From a virus: DNA of 64,000 bases. Below are positions 9,868-19,549 of this stretch, piece after piece. The stretch is taken from the IMG/VR virus record IMGVR_UViG_3300009509_000010, positions 14,782 through 78,781 of that record. The stretch is one strand, 5' to 3'. A program made the translations under genes and the position numbers. The number at the start of each line of letters is the position of its first letter. The stretch's first letter is position 1. The notes below the pieces were generated by a model. That model saw only the letters and a list, made by a program, of their open reading frames with translations, was not told the DNA's origin and ran no database searches.

Positions 9868-10721
9868 TGGCGACAAAAGATCAACTCGCAAAGGCTCGGG
9901 AACTCTTGGATCTAGACGTCCGGGAGGTCTCGTTGGTTGACCGGCCCGCAAACTTGCGGCCGTTTTTGATTGTGAAACGTCAAACCGAGGACCACCTCGG
10001 TGAGTTTGAGATCGAGCCCTCGGTTGTCGAGTGGCTGGAAAAAGTGGCGGTGTCCCCTGGGGCCCCCACCGAGTCAATTCGGGCCTTGACGGCCGTTTTA
10101 GCAGGAGGTGAACCCGTGGACCCCAAACAAGAGACCAAAGATCAGGCTGAGGACCAAGCCGTGGATCAGAATGCCACCGCGGCCGAACCCACCGCCGAAC
10201 CCGTAACGAAAACCGAGCCGGCGGCCGAACCCGAGACCGTAACCGAGGCCGAGCCGGCGGCCGAACCCGTGGCCAAGAATGAGCCTATGGCGGAGCCAGA
10301 TCCGGACGATCAACCCATGGTGGTGATCAAGCGGGATGGTTCGATCCATGTGTCCGGACAACAGGTTCAAAAAGCCAAGACCTTTGGCAAGGCGAAAACC
10401 GCCACCTTGCAAAACGCGGTTAGTGCGTTGGCCAAGTTGCTTGGTGACGTATCCGAGGACGCACTAAAGGCGGCCATGTTGCCCTATTCGGATCCAACGA
10501 AAAAAGTGGACACCACCAAGGCCGTGGATCCGGAACAGACAAACACCGCGGATCCGATTGAGTTGATCACCAAGGCGGTGGCCTCGGCCCTCGAGCCAAT
10601 CACCAAGCGGCTCGACGAGATCGAGAAAACTCGCAATCCGTCTCAGTCCGTCGAGGGTGACGGCGGGACCGAAAGCCGACAAACCAAGGTCAACAAATCA
10701 ATTTGGGCCGGGGTGCTCTAG
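9867..10721 (+). CDS. Scaffold protein carrying the EVSLVDRPAN protease segment
   Basis: ATG 9867 overlaps upstream TAA; N-term ELLDLDVREVSLVDRPAN, acidic low-complexity middle, C-term KRLDEIEK..KSIWAGVL; precedes MCP. Confidence 0.8.
   Translation: MATKDQLAKARELLDLDVREVSLVDRPANLRPFLIVKRQTEDHLGEFEIEPSVVEWLEKVAVSPGAPTESIRALTAVLAGGEPVDPKQETKDQAEDQAVDQNATAAEPTAEPVTKTEPAAEPETVTEAEPAAEPVAKNEPMAEPDPDDQPMVVIKRDGSIHVSGQQVQKAKTFGKAKTATLQNAVSALAKLLGDVSEDALKAAMLPYSDPTKKVDTTKAVDPEQTNTADPIELITKAVASALEPITKRLDEIEKTRNPSQSVEGDGGTESRQTKVNKSIWAGVL
10180..10300 (+). repeat. Imperfect AAEP/EP(V/E)T(K/E) tandem repeats in scaffold
   Basis: gccgaaccc and gagccggcggccgaacccg units repeated; protein AAEPTAEPVTKTEPAAEPETVTEAEPAAEPVAKNEP. 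Confidence 0.75.
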
Positions 10722-10764
10722 CCGTTTTGGCAAGGCCGACCGAAACCTTTGAGGAGGAAAGATT

Positions 10765-11964
10765 ATGTCAGGTATCCCAAACGAAGAGCTGATCGCCAAA
10801 GCGGTAATCACAACCGACGCGTTGGCCGCAAATGGCAAACTCAATGATAAGCAGTCCGACATGTTCATCGATTACGTGATCGACGAGTCGGTTTTGAAAA
10901 ACAACGCCAGGGTGGTCAAGTTTCGCAACGAAAACTTGAACATTGACAAGATCGGCGTAGGTGGCCGGGTGGCCTACCCCAAAGCTGAGGCCGCGGATCC
11001 GGGCCACCGCCGAGGCGTGTCAACGAGTCAAATTCAGTTGACACCACGAGAAATCATCGTCCCGTTCGAGATCGGTGACCTGTTCAAGGAGGTATCCCTT
11101 GAGGCACCCGAGCGAATCGAGGACCACATTATCAAAATGATGGCCGCGCAACTGGCCAACGATATGGAAGAGCTCTATATCCTTGGCGATACGGTGGGGC
11201 CAGCGATCCTTGAGTCGGAATATCACGACAACGGAAGCTCGACCCAATACGTCAAGGACAGCTATTTGGCCTTGGCCGACGGGTGGAGCCGGTTGGCCGA
11301 CGGGGCCAATGTGGTGGACGCGCAAGGAGCCAACATTGGGCTGAGCATTTTCGGCCAAATGTTGCGAGCCATGCCCACCAAATTCCGACGCAACAAGCGG
11401 GCCCTCCGGTGGTTCCTGAGTCCCGACCTTTGGCAGCTCTACAGTGAAAAACTGAGCACCCGCGCCACCGCGCTCGGTGACTCCGCCGCGGGCGGGGGCG
11501 ATCATGGCCCCTATGGTGTCAGTGCGGTTGAGGTGCCTTTGTGGCCGTTGCAACCCAAGGTGGTGCAACATGTGCAATTGAACGGGACCACCGCGGTCGC
11601 GTTGCGGTTTGGGCCGATCTCTAGCGTGGTCGTTTCAACCGAGACGCTTGGAGCGACACCCGAGACCCCGTTCGTTGAAACGACCGATTATGTTCTCGAC
11701 ACAACGGCGGGCACGATTGCCAGAACCGGTGGTGGGTCGATCGGTGATGGTGATACGGTCAAAGTGACCTATGATGCCAATCCGCAAGTTTTGCTAACCC
11801 ATATGAACAATTTCATCGTGGGTATCGGTCGGGATATCAAGATCGAAAAAGACCGCAATATTTACAAGGGCGTGAACGAATACGCGATCCACGCCCGCGT
11901 TGCGGTTCAATTCGAGGAACTGACGGCGATCGTCAAAGCCAAAAACATCGGAACAGGCGTATAA
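10765..11964 (+). CDS. Major capsid protein (HK97 fold, XkdG-like) with inserted beta domain
   Basis: RBS GAGGAGG; GKLNDKQSDMFID, QLANDMEELYILGD, LLTHMNNFIVGIGRDIKIE; position after scaffold. Confidence 0.9.
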   Translation: MSGIPNEELIAKAVITTDALAANGKLNDKQSDMFIDYVIDESVLKNNARVVKFRNENLNIDKIGVGGRVAYPKAEAADPGHRRGVSTSQIQLTPREIIVPFEIGDLFKEVSLEAPERIEDHIIKMMAAQLANDMEELYILGDTVGPAILESEYHDNGSSTQYVKDSYLALADGWSRLADGANVVDAQGANIGLSIFGQMLRAMPTKFRRNKRALRWFLSPDLWQLYSEKLSTRATALGDSAAGGGDHGPYGVSAVEVPLWPLQPKVVQHVQLNGTTAVALRFGPISSVVVSTETLGATPETPFVETTDYVLDTTAGTIARTGGGSIGDGDTVKVTYDANPQVLLTHMNNFIVGIGRDIKIEKDRNIYKGVNEYAIHARVAVQFEELTAIVKAKNIGTGV

Positions 11965-12017
11965 ACGGCGGCGAATCGCGGCGGTTTTAGTCATTGCCAT
12001 TGATTGGAGGTCTCAAG

Positions 12018-12359
12018 GTGGCACGGGTTAAAGTTCAATTGCGCAACGCATCAAGTTACACCAGCATTTTTGCCAAGGACCGACCTTGGCGGCGTAACGA
12101 GGTGCGGTTTTACACCGATCCAGCTCGGATCGCGTATTACAAACAACAAGGTGAGTTTGTTTGTACCGACGTGGGTGGCGAGGCCGCGCCGGGTGGTCAA
12201 CCGGTGGCAGAGGAGCCATATCGGCACACCTACGCCAGCCTAAACCGGTTGACCAAGCCAGAGCTCGTTACCTATGCATCTATGACGCATGGTATCGAGC
12301 TTGACGATGAAGCCCGAAAAGATGACTTGATCACCGCAATTCTCGAGGCCCAAGGTTAG
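12018..12359 (+). CDS. Small protein with C-terminal HeH/Rho-N-like domain
   Basis: GGAGG then GTG at 12018; LNRLTKPELVTYA..GIELDDEARKDDLITAIL. Confidence 0.6.
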   Translation: MARVKVQLRNASSYTSIFAKDRPWRRNEVRFYTDPARIAYYKQQGEFVCTDVGGEAAPGGQPVAEEPYRHTYASLNRLTKPELVTYASMTHGIELDDEARKDDLITAILEAQG

Positions 12360-12369
12360 GAGGTAGGTC

Positions 12370-12729
12370 ATGCCATTGGTGTCAATCCCTGTTGGGATAG
12401 CGCCTTGCCAGATCGACGATTTCCCGGCGGAGATCGGGGACGGCGAGGACAAGCGGCCGTTTGAACGCTCTTGCAAGGGGGCCTTGTTTTTGCGGCCCGC
12501 GTCAACCAAGGTGCTCTCAAACGACGAGCTCGAATTTCTGCGATCCGCAAAGCAATACCGCAAGCTAGGGGCTCGGCTCTTGGTGGTTCGGGTTGACGTT
12601 GTGCCCGATACGACCAAACGGCCCACCGGTATGCGGAAAAAAATGGAGAAGGCAACGCCCCCAACGGCGGCGGTAGTAGCTCCGCCGGTGGCGTCAGATC
12701 CGGACGATTACACGGTGGATCACGGTTAA
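12370..12729 (+). CDS. Hypothetical protein
   Basis: RBS GGAGGT; 119 aa ORF in head operon. Confidence 0.55.
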   Translation: MPLVSIPVGIAPCQIDDFPAEIGDGEDKRPFERSCKGALFLRPASTKVLSNDELEFLRSAKQYRKLGARLLVVRVDVVPDTTKRPTGMRKKMEKATPPTAAVVAPPVASDPDDYTVDHG

Positions 12730-12782
12730 ACCAAGCCTATCACCGTTTTTCGTGCACCCCGTTTGGCCCCAGGTCCAAGGGA

Positions 12783-13160
12783 TTGCCCGTGCTCGAGATC
12801 CATACACGTGACGGACGAACCGAAAAAATAGACCTCGCGGATCGAGCCCAAGCCGCTGCTATTACAAGACGCTTTGCCGATCCAAGGTATCAAGCAACTA
12901 TCACAGGTTTGACGATAACCCATTTGGGGGTGCGCTATTCGATGCCCCGTCCTACGGGTTTCGAGCCGGTGGCCTACATGGCCGAGGAGGTGGAGCCAGA
13001 CCCAAGCCGCAAACTTAAAGGAGGCCGGCGGGTCGTTTGTCATGCTGGGGAGGTGCGTGCTATCGCAATGATCCACGAGGCCCAACGGGCAGTGCGGATC
13101 ACTTTGATGCGGTTTGGCAAGCAGCGTTTTGCCCCCGGTTATGACCCGTTAAGGCAGTGA
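12783..13160 (+). CDS. Hypothetical protein
   Basis: ORF fills gap in operon; start uncertain. Confidence 0.5.
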   Translation: MPVLEIHTRDGRTEKIDLADRAQAAAITRRFADPRYQATITGLTITHLGVRYSMPRPTGFEPVAYMAEEVEPDPSRKLKGGRRVVCHAGEVRAIAMIHEAQRAVRITLMRFGKQRFAPGYDPLRQ

Positions 13161-13173
13161 GTAGAGGGGGCCA

Positions 13174-13785
13174 ATGGGAACGTCTCTACAACGTCTAGAT
13201 CAGATTCACAATCCGGACGTTTACGACGATACTTTACCGAGTCCAACGATAGAGGCCTCGGAAACCGCGGCGGTTACGCTTGCGGATCATAGTAACGCGC
13301 TAATCTCCCAGCTCAAAAGGATATTGCGGGGCGACGAGCCGGGAAACTGGTTTGACGACCCAACCGAGATCGGTCCGGATTTCACCGACGCGTCGTTGGT
13401 GGCTTTGGCGGCTCGAGCTCGATCAACTTTTTTGGGGGTTTGCCCGTCAACGCTCGTGGTGAGTGATTGGGTCTATATCAGCGGCCCAAGTGTAGGTGGA
13501 AATTATCAGGTCGATAAGGTGGACATAGCAAACTTTGACAAGCTACCGGCGGTCGGTGTGATTATCGAGAAACCGACCACCACAACTTGCACAGTCCAAT
13601 GGCGTGGCGAGGTAACGGGGCTTGGGTCCTTGGTGCCTCGGCGGGTCTATTTTTTGCAGGATACGGCCAAAATTGGCTTGGCGGTGCCCGCCGAGTCGGG
13701 CCAATACGTGCAACGGATCGGGATGGCTTTAAGCTCCGAGGTGTTGCTCGTGTCAATTAACTCGCATCTAATCAAACGAGCCTAA
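13174..13785 (+). CDS. Putative head decoration/cement-like protein
   Basis: C-term GSLVPRRVYFLQ..G..P..GQYVQRIGMA domain, also seen at the end of 14240..16027. Confidence 0.55.
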   Translation: MGTSLQRLDQIHNPDVYDDTLPSPTIEASETAAVTLADHSNALISQLKRILRGDEPGNWFDDPTEIGPDFTDASLVALAARARSTFLGVCPSTLVVSDWVYISGPSVGGNYQVDKVDIANFDKLPAVGVIIEKPTTTTCTVQWRGEVTGLGSLVPRRVYFLQDTAKIGLAVPAESGQYVQRIGMALSSEVLLVSINSHLIKRA

Positions 13786-13797
13786 AGGGATCAGAAA

Positions 13798-14217
13798 ATG
13801 ACATCTTGGAACGACGAAACCGACTTTGAAAACGAAACCGCGAGTGCCGAGGAAACCAACCAAAAAACCGACGAGATCACCACCTCGGTTGAAAAAACCA
13901 CGGATCCGTTGAACGCGGTTCAAAAATTGGACCCATTCGAGCTCGAGAGGTTTTGCCGATTGGAGGCCGAGATCAAACTTTGTAACCAAGGAATGCGAAT
14001 TGTTGATTTGGAATTATTAGAAATAAAACGAGCTTTGCAAAACAAGTCAAACGAGGCCAGTCAACGACGCCGATACCTAGAAATGGAGCTAAAGGGCAAG
14101 TGGAAATTGCAATATGATGATCTACTGATGACCATCGCCGCGAAGTACGGCATTTCTGACCCTGCCCACATGTTGATCGATATCGACGTGGGCACAATCC
14201 GGGATGCCAGCGTTTAA
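13798..14217 (+). CDS. Coiled-coil hypothetical protein (possible fibre chaperone)
   Basis: Acidic N-term plus long helix; lies between two fibre-like genes. Confidence 0.5.
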   Translation: MTSWNDETDFENETASAEETNQKTDEITTSVEKTTDPLNAVQKLDPFELERFCRLEAEIKLCNQGMRIVDLELLEIKRALQNKSNEASQRRRYLEMELKGKWKLQYDDLLMTIAAKYGISDPAHMLIDIDVGTIRDASV

Positions 14218-14239
14218 GGTTGGCCCCAAGGAGTAGATC

Positions 14240-16027
14240 ATGGCTGAGCGCAAACCTTTGTTTATGCAAACCTCCGGTTTTAGCGAGGAAATGGCCACCT
14301 CCGACAGTATGCAGCTCGGGGGCCTCACAATGGGCGGTGCCATCGCAATGGGTGGCAATCAACTGTCAAACCTCGGTGCGGCCGATGCATCGGGCGAGGC
14401 GTTGGTTTACGGTCAGTCTAGCGCAAACCTTGCTGATTTGACGCTTGCGAGTAACGGCGATTTGAATCTTTCGGGTGGGGGCGAGGTGTTGGGTTTGCCC
14501 AACACCCCAAGCGGCGCCACCGCCGCAACGTCAAAGGCTTATGTTGATGGCCTTGTTTCTGGAATCGGTTGGAAAGAATCTGTTGTTACTATGGCCCTAA
14601 AGGGCAATGACACAGTTGCTAATATAAACGGGCTAAGCCCAGCCGCTGGGGATGCCTATGTTGTAACTGATTCTGGCACATTGACCGCGGGGTCACTCGC
14701 GGTTGTGGCCGGTGACATGGCGGAATATAACGGTACGGCATGGGTCAAAATCGTTTCGGCCAGTGGTGGGTTCGTGCCCGCCGGGACCCGGGCGGTTTTG
14801 GCTGAGGGGACGATACAGAGTCCCTACACCGACGCAACCGACAACGACAAAATTGTGGAGTTTTCGGGGTCGAGCAACACGGGAACGGATACCGGGGATA
14901 CTGTCAACAAAGCTTCGGTTTTGGTACAAGACGACGCCCACGTGGGTTATTGGGATAACTTGGCGTTTGTTTATGAGGGGACCGTCCCAAGCGGCACGTG
15001 GATCCAGTTTACGGGCGCCGGGGCGATCAATGCCGGTGACGGATTGGTGTATAGCGGAAATACACTTAACGTAAACCCGGGCGACGGTATCGAAATTTTG
15101 GCAGACCGTGTTGCGGTAGACATAGCGGCGGCCGGGTCCGGAACCGGTGGTTTGCAGCTCACCGGAACCACGCCCACCAAGGAGCTCGAGGTCAAAGCGG
15201 GTGACGGTATTCTGCTCGACGCAAATGGCGTTGGTGTCGACATTGCAGACACCACCCCCGGTTTACAGCTCACCGGGTCGAGTCCAAACAAGGAACTCGC
15301 GGTCCTCGCAAACACGGCGGCTGGTCTTACGGTTTCCGCTTCCGGTGTCGAGGCAAAACTCGCCACTGCGGGCGTTGGAACCGGCGGTCTCGAGTTTGAC
15401 GGTTCGGGTGATTTCCAGGTCAAGGTTAACGGTAGCCAAGGCGTGATATTAACGGCCACCGGTTTGGCGATCGAGATCGACGATACGCCAGACACCCTTG
15501 ACGTTGACGCCGATGGCCTAAAGGTTGTTGGTTTACCGTCGCTTTTCAAGGTCAACGACGTTGCCGTGGGTGCGACTGTAACGGCCGCAAACCTTGACAC
15601 CCTCACCGACGGGTCAAACGCCGATGCGCTCCACCTTCATACGGCGGCGGCGGCCACCGAGGCCCCCAAGGTCGAAAACAGTTTGACCACCGCCACCGAC
15701 ACAACGGCGAACGCTGATCCTGTGTATATCAATGGGTCGGCCACCGTAGGAAAAGCTTTGGCGAACGATGACGCCAAATCAAAAGTGATTGGTGTTATCC
15801 GAACGGGCGGCGGAGCGGCCCCCGCTTCGGTGGAGGTTGTTTCCTTGGGGATCTGTGCGGGCGTTTTGTCTGGCGCAACCCCAGGGGCCGCCTATTACTT
15901 GCAAGCTGCGGGCGGTATCGGGACAGCTCTACCGGGTGCGGGCAATCGCGTGATCCAAGTTGGTTGGGCTTACACCGCAACCGATCTTTGGATTGAGCTC
16001 AAGGACTACGGCAAAAAGGCCGCATAA
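14240..16027 (+). CDS. Putative head fibre with beta-spiral-like shaft repeats
   Basis: Gly/Ala/Thr-rich; AATSKAYVD fibre motif; repeated (A/P)GDG(L/I)xxxxxxLxV units; C-term cement-like domain. Confidence 0.65.
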   Translation: MAERKPLFMQTSGFSEEMATSDSMQLGGLTMGGAIAMGGNQLSNLGAADASGEALVYGQSSANLADLTLASNGDLNLSGGGEVLGLPNTPSGATAATSKAYVDGLVSGIGWKESVVTMALKGNDTVANINGLSPAAGDAYVVTDSGTLTAGSLAVVAGDMAEYNGTAWVKIVSASGGFVPAGTRAVLAEGTIQSPYTDATDNDKIVEFSGSSNTGTDTGDTVNKASVLVQDDAHVGYWDNLAFVYEGTVPSGTWIQFTGAGAINAGDGLVYSGNTLNVNPGDGIEILADRVAVDIAAAGSGTGGLQLTGTTPTKELEVKAGDGILLDANGVGVDIADTTPGLQLTGSSPNKELAVLANTAAGLTVSASGVEAKLATAGVGTGGLEFDGSGDFQVKVNGSQGVILTATGLAIEIDDTPDTLDVDADGLKVVGLPSLFKVNDVAVGATVTAANLDTLTDGSNADALHLHTAAAATEAPKVENSLTTATDTTANADPVYINGSATVGKALANDDAKSKVIGVIRTGGGAAPASVEVVSLGICAGVLSGATPGAAYYLQAAGGIGTALPGAGNRVIQVGWAYTATDLWIELKDYGKKAA

Positions 16028-16055
16028 AGCGGTTTGAGCCTCTTGGGGTGATACT

Positions 16056-16643
16056 GTGGATCGGGTCCAGGTTATCAAGCAAGAATCCGCCGCCCTAGGT
16101 GGTGACGGGGCCGACGAGAGGCCTTGGCCGGAACCCATAGCACCCCAAGAGGACGCGCCCGAGGTTGCTGGCGTCTATTTCCAAGACGTCAGCAACCGAG
16201 ACGAAACCACCCTAATCAGCCGCAACGGGGATGATATGACGTTTAAAGACGTCAACAACCCCACCCCAAAAACTTTGACTGAAGTGATCGCTGGTAGCGG
16301 TGCTTTAACGGAAAGTGCCCACCGTACCTTGCGCCAGCTTATTCATTTCATTGACTCGGGCCCGGCGGAGGGTTTTGCGAGCGGGGCCTACAAAGAAACG
16401 TTACCAGCGGCCGATCCGTTTCCAACAACCGTTACGTGGTGGGAGAGCTCCGGCAAAACCAAGCGAATAGTCGAAAAAACAATCACCCGCAGCGGCGGCG
16501 GAGCAACGGCGGTTACACCGACCCCGGTGGTTTGGGATATTTACGACACCGACGGAACCACCAAACTTGCCACCGTGAGCGACGCAATCACTTACAGCGG
16601 CGTTTTTGAGACGTCGAGGACTCGAACCATCACAATCTATTAG
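16056..16643 (+). CDS. Hypothetical virion protein
   Basis: Thr/Ser/Gly-rich beta protein in structural cluster. Confidence 0.55.
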   Translation: MDRVQVIKQESAALGGDGADERPWPEPIAPQEDAPEVAGVYFQDVSNRDETTLISRNGDDMTFKDVNNPTPKTLTEVIAGSGALTESAHRTLRQLIHFIDSGPAEGFASGAYKETLPAADPFPTTVTWWESSGKTKRIVEKTITRSGGGATAVTPTPVVWDIYDTDGTTKLATVSDAITYSGVFETSRTRTITIY

Positions 16644-16652
16644 GCCAAGCCA

Positions 16653-17822
16653 ATGAATGAATCCCCCGCGGTTGTGCTTTACGATCCAAGTGGTAACGCC
16701 ATGGCGGTTCAAAATGGCGTTGCGATCCCAGCCAACACCAAAGGCCTATTGTTGCACGGGCGGGACGGCTCGGGTGATGCTCGAGCGGCTGAGGTTCTAG
16801 TTGACGGCTCGATCAACCGATTGCGAACCGAGATCCCGCCAAACGTTGTTGATTCCACCAATAGCTCGACCTCGCAACTAGGGGCGAGCGGGTCGTTTGC
16901 CCCCGGGGCTGGTACCGACGTTTCCGGTTATTCATCGGTAGCGGTAACGGTCCATTCCGACGTTGATAGCGCGGCCGATGGTATGCGGTTTGAATTTTCA
17001 ATGGACAACACCAATTGGGATGACGTTTATAAATTCAACCTAGATGCGTCGAGCTCGCAAACGCGGCGGTTTCAGTTTCCCGTGTGTGCTCAATACTTTC
17101 GGGTCAACTATATCAACGGGGCCAGCGCAACGAGTCAATTTCGGGTTCAGACCATACTACACAAGGAAAATATTCTCACATCGATCCATAGGGTCGACAG
17201 TGTAGTTAAAACAGATCGATCAGCGCAAATCGTCAAAAGCGCGATCATCGCCCAACGGGAGGGGGCGGCGGTCCAAGACTTTTACCCGGTCCAAAGTGAC
17301 GTATCGGGTAACCTCAAAGTGACCACAATCGGCTCAGACATCCCGTCAAACCCGGACGCATTCGTTTTAGTGTATTGCGAAAACGGGGGTAGCTCAAACA
17401 TGTTAGTAAACGGTTCGGTTACGCCGGTAAACTTCGAAAAAGGCCCGACGGTTACAGATGAAATATGGTCGATTCGTGAGCTTTTGTTGACCTTTACGGC
17501 CGACGATTTTTCTTTTGACGGCCTAAGTTTTGGGCCCAACCCTAAAATGACCAACGGATTTGCCATTAAGGTGGTAAAAAACTCAGTGACAACTGAGGTT
17601 TTTCGAGTCAAACAAAACGAGGACTTTTTGAGGGTGCCGGGTCGGACCCCCTTGGTCAACAACACGGGCCCAAAAGATGTGTTAGGGGCCGCACTCTCGT
17701 TTCAGGGGTTGGTTCTAAATCAAGCCGATGGTGACAAGGTACAAGTTACCGTCAACGATGACCTAACCTCGGTCAAGCTTAAATATCTGACCGCCACCCT
17801 ATTTGCGGTCAAGGTGGTGTAA
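16653..17822 (+). CDS. Hypothetical virion protein (multi beta-sandwich)
   Basis: 389 aa; FEFSMDNTNWD..QYFRVNYING jelly-roll-like module; C-term domain related to next gene. Confidence 0.55.
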   Translation: MNESPAVVLYDPSGNAMAVQNGVAIPANTKGLLLHGRDGSGDARAAEVLVDGSINRLRTEIPPNVVDSTNSSTSQLGASGSFAPGAGTDVSGYSSVAVTVHSDVDSAADGMRFEFSMDNTNWDDVYKFNLDASSSQTRRFQFPVCAQYFRVNYINGASATSQFRVQTILHKENILTSIHRVDSVVKTDRSAQIVKSAIIAQREGAAVQDFYPVQSDVSGNLKVTTIGSDIPSNPDAFVLVYCENGGSSNMLVNGSVTPVNFEKGPTVTDEIWSIRELLLTFTADDFSFDGLSFGPNPKMTNGFAIKVVKNSVTTEVFRVKQNEDFLRVPGRTPLVNNTGPKDVLGAALSFQGLVLNQADGDKVQVTVNDDLTSVKLKYLTATLFAVKVV

Positions 17823-17825
17823 CCC

Positions 17826-18812
17826 ATGGGATACAAAACGACAGAGGACGGAACCCGGATCGTTGCCAGTCCCGAGTGGGTGTTTGGGCAATTGGCCCTT
17901 TCAAGAATCGACGACGGGACGGTTGCAATCAATCGGGACGGCTCACCGAGCACGCCCACGATCCTTTGGAACGGCACGGGCGGCGGTGATACCGGTGGGG
18001 ATTGGACTCGATTGGGCGTGGGGTCTGAGTCAACGGCGGCGGCGTATTCGGGGACCAACGGGCTCAACACCACGATCACGAGCCAAGACGATGAATCGAT
18101 CTTTGACAATGGGTCAATGGTCGACATTGCAGGAACCTACACCCTGTTACAGTTTTGGATCCGGGCGAAAAAATTCCCCACCGGTTCTGAGCCCTTGGTT
18201 TTTTGGCGCAACTCCTCTGATGTTCAGGTGGGTTTGCAGCTTAAATTGACCAACTACGTTCAAGAGTTTGAAGACGATTGGCAAAGGATGGCCATCCCGA
18301 TCAGTGATTTTGGGTTGGGGGCAAACGCTCAAAAACTTGTGTTCAAGTATACCGAAACCGCGGGCCAGCGGTATTTTATTGATGATATTGAGCTGTACTC
18401 GGCGGGTGGTCCTTACATTTTCCAGGCCAAAGCACCGGCCGGGGCGGTGTACCACCTCAAAGACGTGATCTTGACCTTCGCCGAGGAAAACGGGACTTGG
18501 AGCTCCTCGGGATTTTCGTCTATCAGCGGGGGCCTAAACCGTGGTTTGCTGATGCGTCAACGGGTGTTGAGCACGGGCGAGATCTCTTGGCAAATCAACC
18601 TAAAAACCAACTTGGTCATGTTTGGACGATTGAACGTGATCAATGATGTGTCCTACACCGATTCTCATCAGTTTACCTTGGCCATTGAGCCAAGCCCAGC
18701 GGTGATTAACGTGACCGATGACCAAGTGGTGGAGGCTGTTTTGCGGGACGATTTAACCGCTATAAACGCGATGCGTTCCTATATCCGTTTTGGTCGGGAG
18801 GTTGCGGCGTGA
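17826..18812 (+). CDS. Hypothetical virion protein with carbohydrate-binding-like insert
   Basis: LQFWIR...WQRMAIPISDFG...YFIDDIEL resembles CBM/galactose-binding-like modules. Confidence 0.55.
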   Translation: MGYKTTEDGTRIVASPEWVFGQLALSRIDDGTVAINRDGSPSTPTILWNGTGGGDTGGDWTRLGVGSESTAAAYSGTNGLNTTITSQDDESIFDNGSMVDIAGTYTLLQFWIRAKKFPTGSEPLVFWRNSSDVQVGLQLKLTNYVQEFEDDWQRMAIPISDFGLGANAQKLVFKYTETAGQRYFIDDIELYSAGGPYIFQAKAPAGAVYHLKDVILTFAEENGTWSSSGFSSISGGLNRGLLMRQRVLSTGEISWQINLKTNLVMFGRLNVINDVSYTDSHQFTLAIEPSPAVINVTDDQVVEAVLRDDLTAINAMRSYIRFGREVAA

Positions 18813-19549
18813 CGATTGACCTAAACAAGGTGCCACGAAACTCGGACAACAAGCCGTTTATGGTTCCCGTGATTCACCACGATCACGATAAATTCATACA
18901 TGCGGGAAGCTCCGACGATATCGCCAATGGGGTGCGGTGGGATGGTGACCTATTCGAGCTAATCCGCACCGATTCGGGTGACACGGTTGGGACGTTTCAG
19001 TTTTTGGAGTGGGTCCGAATCGCGGGCGCACACGTGACTTGCACCGGTAACGCGGTTGGTGACCATGTGCATGGCAAGGTTTATGCGCCCTCGAGTGCAT
19101 CGGCGGCGAGCTCCAACCCCGGGGCGGGTGCTTATGACAAGTACAACCTTGGGACGGGTATGAATATGTTCATACCTAACGCCACGCAAACGGGTGATTG
19201 GGATCTTGACCTTTCGAGCAGGCTAAACGCCAATTGCAATATCACCAAGGTTTGCCCGGTGACCGCAGAGGACGGGGCGGGGTTTTTTGACTATGACTCG
19301 GACACCGGAAACGTGACCCTAAACGCGTCGCAAACCGGTGGATACAACCTTTTTGATTTCGATGTGCCTCTGCTTCGAATTATCCCAAAGGCCCCCCTAC
19401 CGTTTTCGGGGTGGTGGAATTTGGCCCCTGCAAACGTGCGGCCCATGTTGCTTTTGCCCCATTGGAAACTCGAGGTGACTTTATCGCGAGCTACGAGCGG
19501 TACCGTTTCAGTCAATTGGATCTTGATCGTTGAGAGGGCCGAGACGTGA
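18809..19549 (+). CDS. Hypothetical virion protein
   Basis: GTGA overlap with upstream gene; 246 aa beta-rich. Confidence 0.55.
   Translation: MTIDLNKVPRNSDNKPFMVPVIHHDHDKFIHAGSSDDIANGVRWDGDLFELIRTDSGDTVGTFQFLEWVRIAGAHVTCTGNAVGDHVHGKVYAPSSASAASSNPGAGAYDKYNLGTGMNMFIPNATQTGDWDLDLSSRLNANCNITKVCPVTAEDGAGFFDYDSDTGNVTLNASQTGGYNLFDFDVPLLRIIPKAPLPFSGWWNLAPANVRPMLLLPHWKLEVTLSRATSGTVSVNWILIVERAET

Noticed and set aside
2280-12745. GCCTATCACCG in two intergenic gaps (2280-2290, 12735-12745) as a late promoter or operator
   Set aside because: Only two exact copies, at different distances from the downstream starts; plausible by chance
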